From: Rhodanobacteraceae bacterium
Lineage (GTDB): Bacteria > Pseudomonadota > Gammaproteobacteria > Xanthomonadales > SZUA-5
NCBI GenBank assembly: GCA_016717705.1
Contig: JADKFD010000036.1
Location: 129 to 64,128, forward strand
Direction: 5' to 3'
Length of the DNA: 64,000 nt
Part shown: piece by piece, positions 18,411-27,665 of the stretch
Layout: every line of letters starts with the position of its first letter
Numbering within the stretch: the first letter of the stretch is position 1
Translations under genes and position numbers: made by a program
Notes under the pieces: model-generated
Seen by the model: only the letters and a program-made list of their open reading frames with translations
Told to the model about the DNA's origin: nothing
Database searches by the model: none

Positions 18411-19311
18411 TCAAGCGCGTTCGTCGCCCGACTCGTCGGTTTCATCCGCCGCATCGATGCTTTCATCGACTTGCGCATCGTCGACTTCCGCTGATTCGTC
18501 GCCGTCGACCGCCTCGACCTCCGCTGACGCGTCGCCGTCGGACTCTTCCTCTTCGCCCGCAAGATCTTCGCTGGCGTCGAGCGCAGCCTCGCCATCATCC
18601 ATGGCTTCGTCCGCGGCGCGGATCGGCGTCCAGAGCGTCCAGTTCGGCATCTACCTCGGCGTCATCGAGCACCTCGTCGCTGCTCGGTTCGTCGGCTGCG
18701 ACGTCGCCGACAGCGGGCACGTCGGCGACCGTTGGTGTTGGTGTTGGTGTTGGTGCTGGTGTTGGTGTTGGTGTTGGTGTTGGTGTTGGTGTTGGTGTTG
18801 GTGTTGGTGTTGGCGGCTTCGGACTCGAGTCAAGGCCAGCTGCAGGGCCCAGACCGCCGCCGCCGCCGAGGCCACCGCGCACACTGCCACCGCCGCCAAA
18901 GCCACCGGCAGGACGTGCACCACCGCCGCCACCAAAGCCACCGGCGGGGCGCGCGGTGCCCGCGTCGGCGGACTCCCTCGGCTCAGCGCGCTTGACCACG
19001 ATGGTGTGGCCATCGAGGTCGGATCCGTCGAGGGCGACGATCGCTGCCCGTGCCTCCTGATCGTCAGGCATTTCTACAAAGCCGTATCCCTTGGACCTCC
19101 CGGTTGCGCTATCGGTGATGACTTTGGCGCTGGACACGGCACCGAATTGCTCGAACGCTTCCCGCAAGGACTCGCTGGACGTGCTGAAGTTCAGCTTTGC
19201 GACAAAGATGTTCGCCGCGCCTGCCGCCGGCGCCTGGGCCAGTGCGAGCGCAGCCAGGATGGTGATGATGGCGAATCGGCACGGCAGCAAGGTCAAACGG
19301 AGGATCGGCAT
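18411..19311 (-). CDS. RRM (RNP-1/RNP-2) domain protein with N-terminal signal-like segment, Gly-rich region, (TP)n linker and acidic tail; frameshifted near 18611-18623
   Basis: ATG 19311 (GGGAG upstream). MPILRLTLLPCRFAIITILAALALAQAPAAGA, then NIFVAKLNF (RNP-2) ...KGYGFVEM (RNP-1). Next come GGFGGGGGARPAGGFGGGG and PTPTPT.... The acidic sequence DEVLDDAEVDAELDALDAD continues in ORF 18411..18650(-) as AADEAMDDGEAALDASEDLAGEEEESD.... Confidence 0.7.
18731..18813. repeat. hexanucleotide microsatellite (GGTGTT)n, about 14 units with one GGTGCT variant
   Basis: Read directly from the sequence. It encodes the (Thr-Pro)n linker of the RRM protein on the minus strand. Confidence 0.95.
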
Positions 19312-19504
19312 GGCAGAACACTCCCGGTGAACCGGCCGCGCAAGGGCGGCTCGCGGGATCATGCTGCCACGAATGCGTCTTCGGTTGCGGCTTGCAGCGG
19401 GCAACTGGTGTAGCGTGATTCATCCCGGAAACCTCAGTTGAACGCTTTTGAGCCGCCCAACTGAAGCTTCCAGGATCATCAATCTCAAATGGAGACCGGG
19501 CGTC

Positions 19505-21592
19505 ATGTCTGCTGCACGCAAGCGGGTGATGGTGCTGGCGCTGTGGACGCTGCTCGCGGCGCCGCTGGCGGCGCAAACCGAAATCGAAGTCGATCCGGGC
19601 GTTGTGCCAGCGAGCGCGGCGCAAGCGGAGCCGGTCGCAGCGCCAATCCCGGCCGAGCAGCCGGATGCGACGCTGGCCGAGTTGCCGGCGCCGACCACCA
19701 GTAGCGAGATGCCGGTCGACGAGCAGATTGCGGAGACTCCGCCGCCTGCGCCAGACGCCGGCGCTGACGCCGAGCGTGTCGCGCTCAAGGCCTACGTCGA
19801 CGGCGTGCTGTCGAGCCTGCAGCGCGAGCACGGACTGGCCGCGGTGACGCTGGCCGTGGTCAAGGACGACGCCCTGTGGCTCGCCCAGGGCTACGGCCAG
19901 GCGGATCTGGCGAGCGCGCGCCCGGTCATTGCCGACACCACGCTGTTCCGCATCGGCTCGGTGTCCAAGACCTTCATCTGGACCGCAGTGATGCTGCTGG
20001 TCGAGCGCGGGCAGATCGATCTCGACGCCGATCTCAACAGCTACCTGAAGACAGTCCGTATCGCCGAAGCCTTCGGCACGCCGGTGACCATGCGCCAGCT
20101 GATGCACCACCGCGCCGGCTTCGAGGACAGCATGCGGCTGTTCGCGGTGGGCGACGACGATCCGCGCACGCTGGCCGAGGTGCTGGCGCAGCAGCAGCCC
20201 AAACGCGTCTACGCACCCGGCTTGCGCACCTCGTATTCGAACTGGGGTGCCGCGTTGGCGGCGCAGGTGGTCGCCGACGTCAGCGGCAAGGACTACGGGG
20301 ATTTCCTGCGCGGCGAAATCCTCGATCCACTCGGCATGCACGCCACCACCTGGATCGCGCCAGCGAAACTCGACGCGGCGCAGCGCGCCAATCTCGCCAC
20401 CGGCTACAAGAAGGACCAGGGCGCGCTGGGCCTGCAGGGCTACATGCAGATCGGCGCCTATTGGCCCGCTGGCGGCATTGCTTCGACCGCCACCGACATG
20501 GCGCGCTGGATGCGCTTTCACCTGAATGGCGGCGAGTTGGAGGGTGTACGCCTGATGCGCGCCGATACCCATGCCAGCATGTGGACGCGCGCCTATGACG
20601 ACCGTCCGGGCGCGCCGGACCTGGCGCACGGTTTCCAGGACCGCAGCTACCACGGACTGCGCCTGCTCGGCCACGGCGGCGCGACGGCAGCCTTCTTGAG
20701 CAACATGGTGCTGGTACCGGAACTGCGTCTGGGCATCTACATCTCGCAGAACAGTGCGCAGACGCGGCTGCCGATCACCCAGTTGCCGGAGCTGACCGTC
20801 GACCACTTCCATGGCAGCGGTTTCGTCGCGGCGGCAGCGGTCACCTCCGGCGAAACCGGCGCCCTGTCCGAGCTGACCGGCACCTATCTGCAGAATCGTC
20901 GCGTGTTCTCCAGTTTCGCTGCGGTGCTGGGCCTGGACTCAACGGCGACGGTTACAGCGCGTTCGGATGACACCCTGCTGCTCGAATCCGGCGATGACAG
21001 CAAGCAGTACCGCCGGGTGGGCAAGGAACGCGATCTGTTCGAGGCCGCCGACGGCGCGCGCATCGCCTTCGTGCGCGAGGGTGGTCGCGCCGTCGCGCTG
21101 GCCGACAGCTCGGGCGTGCACACGCTGGAAAAAGTCGGACTGTTGACGGCGCCGATGACGCTGTTTGGCGCCCTGGGCGCCTGTCTGCTGCTGGCGCTGA
21201 CCAGTCTGCTCGGCTTCTGCTGGCGCCTCGGTCGCGGGCCGAGCTACGGCGAAGGCTTTGCCGCTGGCCTGGCCGCAACGGTCAGCCTGTTGTCCTCGCT
21301 GTGCGTGCTCGGCTTCGTCGTCATGGTCATCCTGATGGCGATCGAGCTTTCCGGCCTCGACCTCAGCACCATGGCAGCGACTTATCCAAACGAGTCCATG
21401 CTGCACGTCAGTTACGCCGGCTGGGCCATGGCCGGCGCCGCCGCGGCGATGCTGCTCGCCCTGCTGCCGGCCTGGCTGGCCACCGGCTGGGGCCTGTGGC
21501 GACGCCTGCATTTCAGCGTGTTCGCCGTAGCATTGGCATGCGCTGCCGGGCTGCTGTGGCACTGGCGGGTGTACGCCGCACCGGTGTACTGA
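19505..21592 (+). CDS. serine hydrolase (beta-lactamase / PBP4*-like) with C-terminal TM segments
   Basis: ORF 19448..21592(+), ATG 19505. Signal peptide present. S-x-x-K motif in FRIGSVSKTF. YSNWG is also present. The C-terminal ~150 aa carry 4 hydrophobic helices. Confidence 0.85.
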   Translation: MSAARKRVMVLALWTLLAAPLAAQTEIEVDPGVVPASAAQAEPVAAPIPAEQPDATLAELPAPTTSSEMPVDEQIAETPPPAPDAGADAERVALKAYVDGVLSSLQREHGLAAVTLAVVKDDALWLAQGYGQADLASARPVIADTTLFRIGSVSKTFIWTAVMLLVERGQIDLDADLNSYLKTVRIAEAFGTPVTMRQLMHHRAGFEDSMRLFAVGDDDPRTLAEVLAQQQPKRVYAPGLRTSYSNWGAALAAQVVADVSGKDYGDFLRGEILDPLGMHATTWIAPAKLDAAQRANLATGYKKDQGALGLQGYMQIGAYWPAGGIASTATDMARWMRFHLNGGELEGVRLMRADTHASMWTRAYDDRPGAPDLAHGFQDRSYHGLRLLGHGGATAAFLSNMVLVPELRLGIYISQNSAQTRLPITQLPELTVDHFHGSGFVAAAAVTSGETGALSELTGTYLQNRRVFSSFAAVLGLDSTATVTARSDDTLLLESGDDSKQYRRVGKERDLFEAADGARIAFVREGGRAVALADSSGVHTLEKVGLLTAPMTLFGALGACLLLALTSLLGFCWRLGRGPSYGEGFAAGLAATVSLLSSLCVLGFVVMVILMAIELSGLDLSTMAATYPNESMLHVSYAGWAMAGAAAAMLLALLPAWLATGWGLWRRLHFSVFAVALACAAGLLWHWRVYAAPVY

Positions 21593-21675
21593 AGTTCGCG
21601 CTCGCCACGCTGCACGTTGCAACCTCGTCGCGTTGCGCGGGTCGGCCCTGCGAGCGCCCGGATCATCGGCCAGGG

Positions 21676-22830
21676 TCAGGCGCGCGCCAGTCGATGGTAA
21701 AGATCGACCACCCGCTGCATCAAAGCGGGTGCGCTCCAGGCCTCGGCGTCCACCGGGCCAGCAGCCGAGAGTCGCCGGCGTTCTTCCGGGGAGCGCAGCA
21801 GTTGACTGACATGACCGGCGAATTCGGCGACATTCTCGGCACTGATCCGCGCACTCCGGGCTCGTTCAAGCACCGTGGCGGTTCCCATCACCGCGGTAGA
21901 GACGATCGGCACCCCCAGCGCCATGGCCTCGATCAACACCAGCCCCTGCGTTTCCGTCGGCGACGCGAACACGAAGATATCGCCGGCCTTGTAGCAATCC
22001 AGCAGTTGTGTGCTGCGGTCCAGATTGCCGAGAAAGCCGACGTGGTCGTGCAGGCCCAGATCACGTGCGCGCTGCTTCAATCGCGGCGCATCCGGCCCCT
22101 CACCGGCGACGACGAAATAAAGGTCGGGAAACTCCTTGACCAGAACTCGCGCGACGTCCAGCAGAAACACGATGTTTTTCTCGACTGCCAGTCGACTGAC
22201 GGTCACCAGAGTCGGTCGCTCGCGGCCAATTCCGTGCAGTTCGCGAAACCGGGCGCCGTCGCCACCACTGAACTCGTCGAGGTGGATTCCGGTGGGAATG
22301 ACCGTCGACGACGTGCGAATACCGTATCCATTCAGGACGCGCAACATTTGTTGTGTCGGCACGATCAGATGATCAACGCCATGACACAGCCGCCGCGAGA
22401 TCCAGCGGGCGCCGGAACGCAAGGCAGGCGCTGGCAACCACGGCATATAATGCGACACATACTGTTCGAAATAGGTGTGATAGGTCTCGACCGTGGGGAT
22501 GCCGCTCAACCGACTCAGGCGCGTCCCAAGCTGGTGCGCCCGAAACGGCGTATGAATGTGAATCACGTCGAAGCGTCGAGCCAACAACTGCGGCAGCAGA
22601 CCGCGCAATGCCGAGCTCTTGATCAAGCGATCTTCCGGATCAAAGAAGATCCGCCGCGACGGCAGGCGAATCAGCTCGAATTCCTCGGTCTGGTCTTCGG
22701 GACCGTAACTCGGCGCCACCACCGTGACTTCGTGACCGCGGCGAACGAGATCTCGGGCAAAGGTCCGCATCGAGGCAGACACGCCGTTGACCCGGGGGAA
22801 ATAAACGTCGGACAGCATCAATATGCGCAT
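21676..22830 (-). CDS. glycosyltransferase family 4 (GT-B)
   Basis: MRILMLSDVYFPRVNGVS at the N-terminus. E-x7-E region ETQGLVLIEAMALGVPIV. Confidence 0.9.
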   Translation of the reverse strand: MRILMLSDVYFPRVNGVSASMRTFARDLVRRGHEVTVVAPSYGPEDQTEEFELIRLPSRRIFFDPEDRLIKSSALRGLLPQLLARRFDVIHIHTPFRAHQLGTRLSRLSGIPTVETYHTYFEQYVSHYMPWLPAPALRSGARWISRRLCHGVDHLIVPTQQMLRVLNGYGIRTSSTVIPTGIHLDEFSGGDGARFRELHGIGRERPTLVTVSRLAVEKNIVFLLDVARVLVKEFPDLYFVVAGEGPDAPRLKQRARDLGLHDHVGFLGNLDRSTQLLDCYKAGDIFVFASPTETQGLVLIEAMALGVPIVSTAVMGTATVLERARSARISAENVAEFAGHVSQLLRSPEERRRLSAAGPVDAEAWSAPALMQRVVDLYHRLARA

Positions 22831-22888
22831 GGCCGCGCAGCATATGCTGGCCTGATGACAACTTCATGGCAGAACTGACCGCAGCAAT

Positions 22889-23338
22889 CTATTCCACGAC
22901 CGGAGAAAATTCCCCGCTCCAGCCGCTGGTCGCAATACGCAACTGGTCTGAATCGAGCTTGGTCAGTGTGAACTTTCCGCCATTTTTCAATGAGCTGCGC
23001 AAAATCCACCCGGCTGCCGGCCCGATGCGAATCTGCTTGGCGGAGAACCGAGCCTCGAAAACCGAGCCCGATCTGCAAATGGCACCGGAACTCTCCGCCC
23101 AAAGCCCTTCTCCAGTCTTGGTGAACCCGAGCAGCAAAGACCCGTGGTTTTCAACGATGGACAGCACCAGGGGCCTGCCGTCATCCATCGTTGTCTCTGC
23201 CCACGTCTGCGGCAAGGCCGGTTCGTCCAGCAGGCGTTCCAGTTCCTTGATCGTCGTCGCACAGACCGGCGAGGCTGCGACCTCGCCATTCAAGGTCAGC
23301 AGAACGGGGAGCAGGAACCAGTAACAAGTTCGAAGCAT
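22889..23338 (-). CDS. hypothetical secreted protein (149 aa)
   Basis: ORF 22889..23611(-) trimmed to ATG 23338. Signal peptide MLRTCYWFLLPVLLTLNGEVAA. Visibly lower GC than its neighbours. Preferred over the antisense ORF 22866..23324, which is Ser/Pro-rich. Confidence 0.55.
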   Translation of the reverse strand: MLRTCYWFLLPVLLTLNGEVAASPVCATTIKELERLLDEPALPQTWAETTMDDGRPLVLSIVENHGSLLLGFTKTGEGLWAESSGAICRSGSVFEARFSAKQIRIGPAAGWILRSSLKNGGKFTLTKLDSDQLRIATSGWSGEFSPVVE

Positions 23339-23658
23339 GGCGAGACCCGTGCTTGGTGACCTGAAGGCGGTGATCTGAGGGCGGCTACTGGCGTCGCGGG
23401 CAGATGCTAGATCGCGATTGTTGCAGTCGTGAGCGAATCGGATCGGCGATCCAGGGCCCCGAGACCGCGATCGGAATCCGAATCCGCGTGAGCGTCCGCG
23501 CGACTGGACTCCGCTGCAGAAAGCGGCGTTGCCGGCCGTCACCGGCTGCAGCGCTGCCCGGCTTGGCGCAACTTGCCGGCATTCCCACGCAGCCCTCCAT
23601 CCTTGCTGCACATTCAGACCCTAAGCTGCGCCACAAGTCTCCCGATGGAAGCCACACC

Positions 23659-25308
23659 GTGCGCGCATTCCTGAACTTCGCCGCCACCGCTCTGCTGTCG
23701 GCCCTCGCCCTGGCACCGCGCATCGTCGCCGCGCAGGGCGGCCCACCGCCGCTGCCGCCGCTCGGCGCGCCGCCGATTCCGGCGAGCAATCCGCAGACGC
23801 CGGCCAAGATCGCGCTCGGGCAAGCGCTGTATTGGGACGAGCAGCTGTCGATCACCGGCACGGTGGCCTGCGGCACCTGCCATATGCCGCGCGCCGGGGG
23901 CAATGAGCCGCGCACGGCGCAGCCCAACAGCGCCAGCGTCAATCCCGGCAGCGACCAGTTGTTCGGCAGCAACGACGATATCGTCGGCTCGATGGGCGTC
24001 GCCAACCACGACGCCGACGGCCTGTACCAGACCTCTGCCTTGTTCGGGATGGCGCCGCAGGTCGGCACCCGGCAATCGCAGTCGGCGATCAACGCGGCCT
24101 ACCCGACCACCTTGTTCTGGGATGGCCGCGCCGGCAGCGTGTTTGTCGACCCGATCACCCAGACCACGCTGATCGCCAACGGCGGCGCACTCGAAAACCA
24201 GGCGCTCGGACCCGTGGTCAACGGTGTCGAAATGGCGCACACCGCGCGCACGCTGCTCGATGTCGCCACCCGCGTTGCCGGCGTGCGTCCGCTGCGACTG
24301 TCGCCGTACGTGCCGCCAGCGCTGCAGAGCTGGATTGCCAATCGCGATTACCCGACGCTGTTTGCCGAAGTATTCGGCAGCAACGAAGTCACACCGGCGC
24401 GGATTGCGCTGGCGATCGCCAGCTACGAGCGTTCGCTGATCGCCAACCAGACGCCGCATGACCTGCAGAGCCTGACCCAGGCCGAAGTGGCCGGACGCCA
24501 GGCCTTCCAACAGGCTGGCTGCGCACGCTGCCATGGCGGCCCGCTGCTCAGCGACAATGATTTCCACTACATCGGCGTGCGCCCGCAAAACGCCGATCCT
24601 GGCCGCTTTGCGGTGACCGCCAACAATGCCGATCGCGGGCGCATGCGCACGCCGCCGTTGCGCAACGTGGAACTGTCGGCGCCCTACTTCGCCGACGGGC
24701 GTTTCCGCACGCTCGAGGAAGTGGTCGATTTCTACAACCGCGGCGGCGATTTCACGGCGCCGAACAAGGACCCCCGGATCGTGCCGCTGGGCCTCAACGC
24801 GCAACAACGCGCGGCCATCGTCACTTTCCTCAAGCGTCCATTGACCGATCCGCGCGCGCAGAACGAAACGGGACCCTTCGAACGACCGATGTTGTTCAGT
24901 GAGTCACCCTACCTGCCGCAACCAGCCAGTGCCGGCACCCCCGGCCTTGGCGCCACCACGCCTCGATTGTTCGCCGCCGAGCCGCCGCTGGCCGGCAGCA
25001 GCGAATTCACCATTGGCGTCGACCGCGGTCGCGCACTGGCCGCGGCGCGCGCCGTGTTGTCGCTGTCGGACCCGACGTCGGCGGACGCGCCCGCAGTGCT
25101 GACGCAGAACTTCGCGCTGACCAGCAGCGGCAGTGGCTCGATGCACCTTGCTCTGCCCAATGACGCCAATCTCCAGGGCGTGACCCTGTACCTGCGCGTG
25201 TTCGTCGAGGACGCTGCGGCCAGCGGCGGCTGGTCGTCGAGTAACAGCGTCAGCTTCCAGTTGCTGGAGATCAACGATGAGGTGTTCCGCCAGGGCTTCG
25301 AGGACTGA
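23659..25308 (+). CDS. di-haem cytochrome c peroxidase family protein with ~140-aa C-terminal extension ending EVFRQGFED
   Basis: GTG 23659 with a signal peptide. Two CXXCH motifs (CGTCH, CARCH). Family motifs include LGQALYWDEQLS, FWDGRA, MRTPPLRNV and YFADGRF. Confidence 0.85.
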   Translation: MRAFLNFAATALLSALALAPRIVAAQGGPPPLPPLGAPPIPASNPQTPAKIALGQALYWDEQLSITGTVACGTCHMPRAGGNEPRTAQPNSASVNPGSDQLFGSNDDIVGSMGVANHDADGLYQTSALFGMAPQVGTRQSQSAINAAYPTTLFWDGRAGSVFVDPITQTTLIANGGALENQALGPVVNGVEMAHTARTLLDVATRVAGVRPLRLSPYVPPALQSWIANRDYPTLFAEVFGSNEVTPARIALAIASYERSLIANQTPHDLQSLTQAEVAGRQAFQQAGCARCHGGPLLSDNDFHYIGVRPQNADPGRFAVTANNADRGRMRTPPLRNVELSAPYFADGRFRTLEEVVDFYNRGGDFTAPNKDPRIVPLGLNAQQRAAIVTFLKRPLTDPRAQNETGPFERPMLFSESPYLPQPASAGTPGLGATTPRLFAAEPPLAGSSEFTIGVDRGRALAAARAVLSLSDPTSADAPAVLTQNFALTSSGSGSMHLALPNDANLQGVTLYLRVFVEDAAASGGWSSSNSVSFQLLEINDEVFRQGFED

Positions 25309-25403
25309 TCCTGGAAGTCGTCGGCAATCGGCGCCAGGACTTGATCGAAGGCTCGGTGGCGCACGCGGGGTGTGCTGGCGCACGGAAGGCCACTGCCGGC
25401 GCT

Positions 25404-25519
25404 GGGGGGGGAGAGAAAAAAAGGGGAAAAGGAAGGAGAAGGAAGAAAGGGAAGGGAAAGGGAGAAAAAAGAAGAAGGGGAGGGAGGAAGGAGAAAAAGA
25501 AAAAGAGAAGGGGGGGGGG
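25404..25519 (+). repeat. 116-nt uninterrupted polypurine (G/A only) tract
   Basis: Read base by base. It runs from G8 (25404-25411) to G10 (25510-25519) with no pyrimidine on the + strand. It ends 31 nt upstream of the CBS-gene ATG. Confidence 0.97.
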
Positions 25520-25550
25520 CGATCTGCGGGTCGAAACAGGAAACCCGCCG

Positions 25551-25976
25551 ATGACCGTCCAATCCGTGATGACCGCGAATCCGGCCTGCTGCACGCCGAC
25601 CTCGTCCTTGCATCAGGTTGCGATGCTGATGCGCGACCACGATTGCGGGCAGATTCCGGTGATCGACGGCCTCGACTCGGCGCTGCCGCTGGGCGTGGTG
25701 ACCGATCGCGACATCGCCATCCGTGTGCTCGCCGCGGGCAAGAATCCGCTGGAAGGCTTTGCTGGCGACTGCATGAGCACGCCCTGCGTGACCGTGACCG
25801 CCGACACCAGCCTGGCCGATTGCTGTGCCCTGATGGAATCGAGCAAGATTCGCCGCGTGCCGGTGGTTGACGCCAACGGCCGCGTGTGCGGCATTGTCTC
25901 GCTGGCGGATGTCGCTCGCTGCGCGGACGCGGCCACGACGATCGATGTGGTCAAAGAGGTCTCGGCTGCGGCTTGA
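25551..25976 (+). CDS. CBS-pair domain protein (141 aa)
   Basis: ORF 25341..25976(+) trimmed to ATG 25551. Two CBS motifs (VMTANPACCTP...GQIPVIDG...LGVVTDRDI and CMSTPCVTV...RRVPVVDANGRVCGIVSLADV). Confidence 0.85.
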   Translation: MTVQSVMTANPACCTPTSSLHQVAMLMRDHDCGQIPVIDGLDSALPLGVVTDRDIAIRVLAAGKNPLEGFAGDCMSTPCVTVTADTSLADCCALMESSKIRRVPVVDANGRVCGIVSLADVARCADAATTIDVVKEVSAAA

Positions 25977-26041
25977 GCGCCGGCATTCAGCGCGTTCGGT
26001 CTGCGGCCAGATCCCGGCGAAGATGCATAGCGGTCACGACT

Positions 26042-26836
26042 TCAGGACATCTCCGCCGCATCGGCTTCTGCCGCTGGCGTTCGATGGACGCCGTTCGCTC
26101 CCGGCGCACGAAGCGGGAGCAACTCGTGCGGATACTGGACGTCGGACAACAATCGCTTGATCTCGCGCTTGACCACGGCATAGCACTCGCAGGCGCGCGA
26201 TTCCAGTCCGCGGCGATCAAGCACCGTGATGTGACCGCGGCGATAACTGATGAATCCGGCTGACTGCAGGTTTCCGGCCGCCTCGGTGATTCCTTCGCGA
26301 CGCACGCCGAGCATGCTGGCAACCAGTTCGTGGGTAATCACCAATTCGCGCGTCGACACCCGATCGGCGGTCAGCAGCAGCCATCGGCACAGCTGCTGAT
26401 CGACGCTGTGATGCCGATTGCAGGCTGCGGTCTGGGTCATCTGCGTGATCAGGGCCTGGGTGTAACGCAGCAACAGGCGTTGCGCCAGTTCACCGCGATT
26501 GAATTCCTGCTGCAGGATGCGTCCAGGCAGGCGATAGGCATGTCCGGCAGTCTGCACCACCGCAGAGCTGGGCGTGGTGTCACCACCCATGAACAGCGAA
26601 ACGCCGACCACACCCTCGTTGCCGACGCCGGCGGTCTCCGCCGATGCGCCGGATTCCATCACATAGTGCAACGAGACGATGCTGGTGGTGGGGAAATAGG
26701 CGTGCAACAACTGGCCACCCGGCTCATACAGGACTCTGCCGAGTGGCAGCGCCACCAGTTCCAGGTGCGCTGCCAGGCGCTCAAACTCGGCTGGAGGCAG
26801 CGCCCCCAGCAAGAAGTTCTGGCTGGGGTTATGCAT
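26042..26836 (-). CDS. Crp/Fnr-family transcriptional regulator
   Basis: ATG 26836 overlaps the upstream stop by 8 nt. cNMP-like beta-barrel, then HTH ELVASMLGVRREGITEAAGNLQSAGFISYRRGHITV. Confidence 0.85.
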   Translation of the reverse strand: MHNPSQNFLLGALPPAEFERLAAHLELVALPLGRVLYEPGGQLLHAYFPTTSIVSLHYVMESGASAETAGVGNEGVVGVSLFMGGDTTPSSAVVQTAGHAYRLPGRILQQEFNRGELAQRLLLRYTQALITQMTQTAACNRHHSVDQQLCRWLLLTADRVSTRELVITHELVASMLGVRREGITEAAGNLQSAGFISYRRGHITVLDRRGLESRACECYAVVKREIKRLLSDVQYPHELLPLRAPGANGVHRTPAAEADAAEMS

Positions 26837-27665
26837 GGGCCCGGTCGCCTCCGAATATCTCCACGCCGATGCCGCGATAGCCGATGAATCGGCATGACCG
26901 ATTGAACATCGGCTCGCCGCTGACGCGAAAGCGCTGCAGCGAGCCATTGGGCCGGGTGCGGCTGAAAGTGAAGTCGAGAAATGGCTGGCGTGCCTCGATC
27001 GCGGCACGCAACACGGCACGCTCGGTCTCGTCCCAGCCCGATTGATCGGGACGGGCGGGTCCGCCAGCCAACGGCTCCACCTGGATGCCGAGCATTTCCA
27101 GCGCCGGGCCCGAGACTCTGGTGAACTTGCCCTCTTCGTCCTGCTCCCAGTACCAGTCCGATGCCAGTTCCGTCAGGCTGCGATAGGAGGCCTCGCTCTC
27201 GCGCAATTCGGCGGTGCGCTTGTCCACCAGCTTTTCCAGCGTGGCGTTGTACTGCTCCAGCTTGCGGTACAACAGACGCACTTCCAGCATGTTGCGGATG
27301 CGCGTGCGCGCCTCGACCAGATCGAAGGGCTTGCTGATGAAGTCCCTGGCGCCGGCCTGCAATGCGCGCAGCTTGTGGCCCGGTTGTGCGGTCAGCACGA
27401 TCACCGGCAGATAGCCATCCGCGGTGTTGGTGTTCAGCCCCGCCATCACCTGGAAGCCATCCATGACCGGCATCTGCAGGTCGAGCAGGATCAGGTCGTA
27501 GCCATTTTCGCGGTGCAGCGCACAGACCTCTTGCGGATTCATCGTCGAACTCACCTGGCTATAACCAGCATCCGCCAGGATCTGCTCCAGCAGCATGACG
27601 TTGGCTTCCTGGTCGTCGACCACGAGGATCCGGGCCTGCAGGATTTCGGCAGCATCGAGAATCAT
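26829..27665 (-). CDS. response regulator: REC plus coiled coil plus PAS domain
   Basis: ILVVDDQEANVMLLEQIL...DLILLDLQMPVMDGFQV...VIVLTAQ...KPF, then SEASYRSLTELASDWYWEQDEEGKFTRVSG (PAS). Confidence 0.85.
   Translation of the reverse strand: MILDAAEILQARILVVDDQEANVMLLEQILADAGYSQVSSTMNPQEVCALHRENGYDLILLDLQMPVMDGFQVMAGLNTNTADGYLPVIVLTAQPGHKLRALQAGARDFISKPFDLVEARTRIRNMLEVRLLYRKLEQYNATLEKLVDKRTAELRESEASYRSLTELASDWYWEQDEEGKFTRVSGPALEMLGIQVEPLAGGPARPDQSGWDETERAVLRAAIEARQPFLDFTFSRTRPNGSLQRFRVSGEPMFNRSCRFIGYRGIGVEIFGGDRAHA

Noticed and set aside
18731-18813. Possible CRISPR-like array (also considered for the REP clusters at 51745-51930 and 61551-61715)
   Set aside because: The microsatellite has no spacers at all. 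The REP clusters have irregular spacing, mixed orientation and no cas genes.
25341-25550. Lys/Arg/Gly/Glu-rich translation (GEKKRGKGRRRKKGKGKGEKRRRGG...) across the purine tract, upstream of the CBS domain
   Set aside because: It is a by-product of translating a pure G/A tract. A good ATG at 25551 starts the CBS protein. There is no reason to think the tract is coding.
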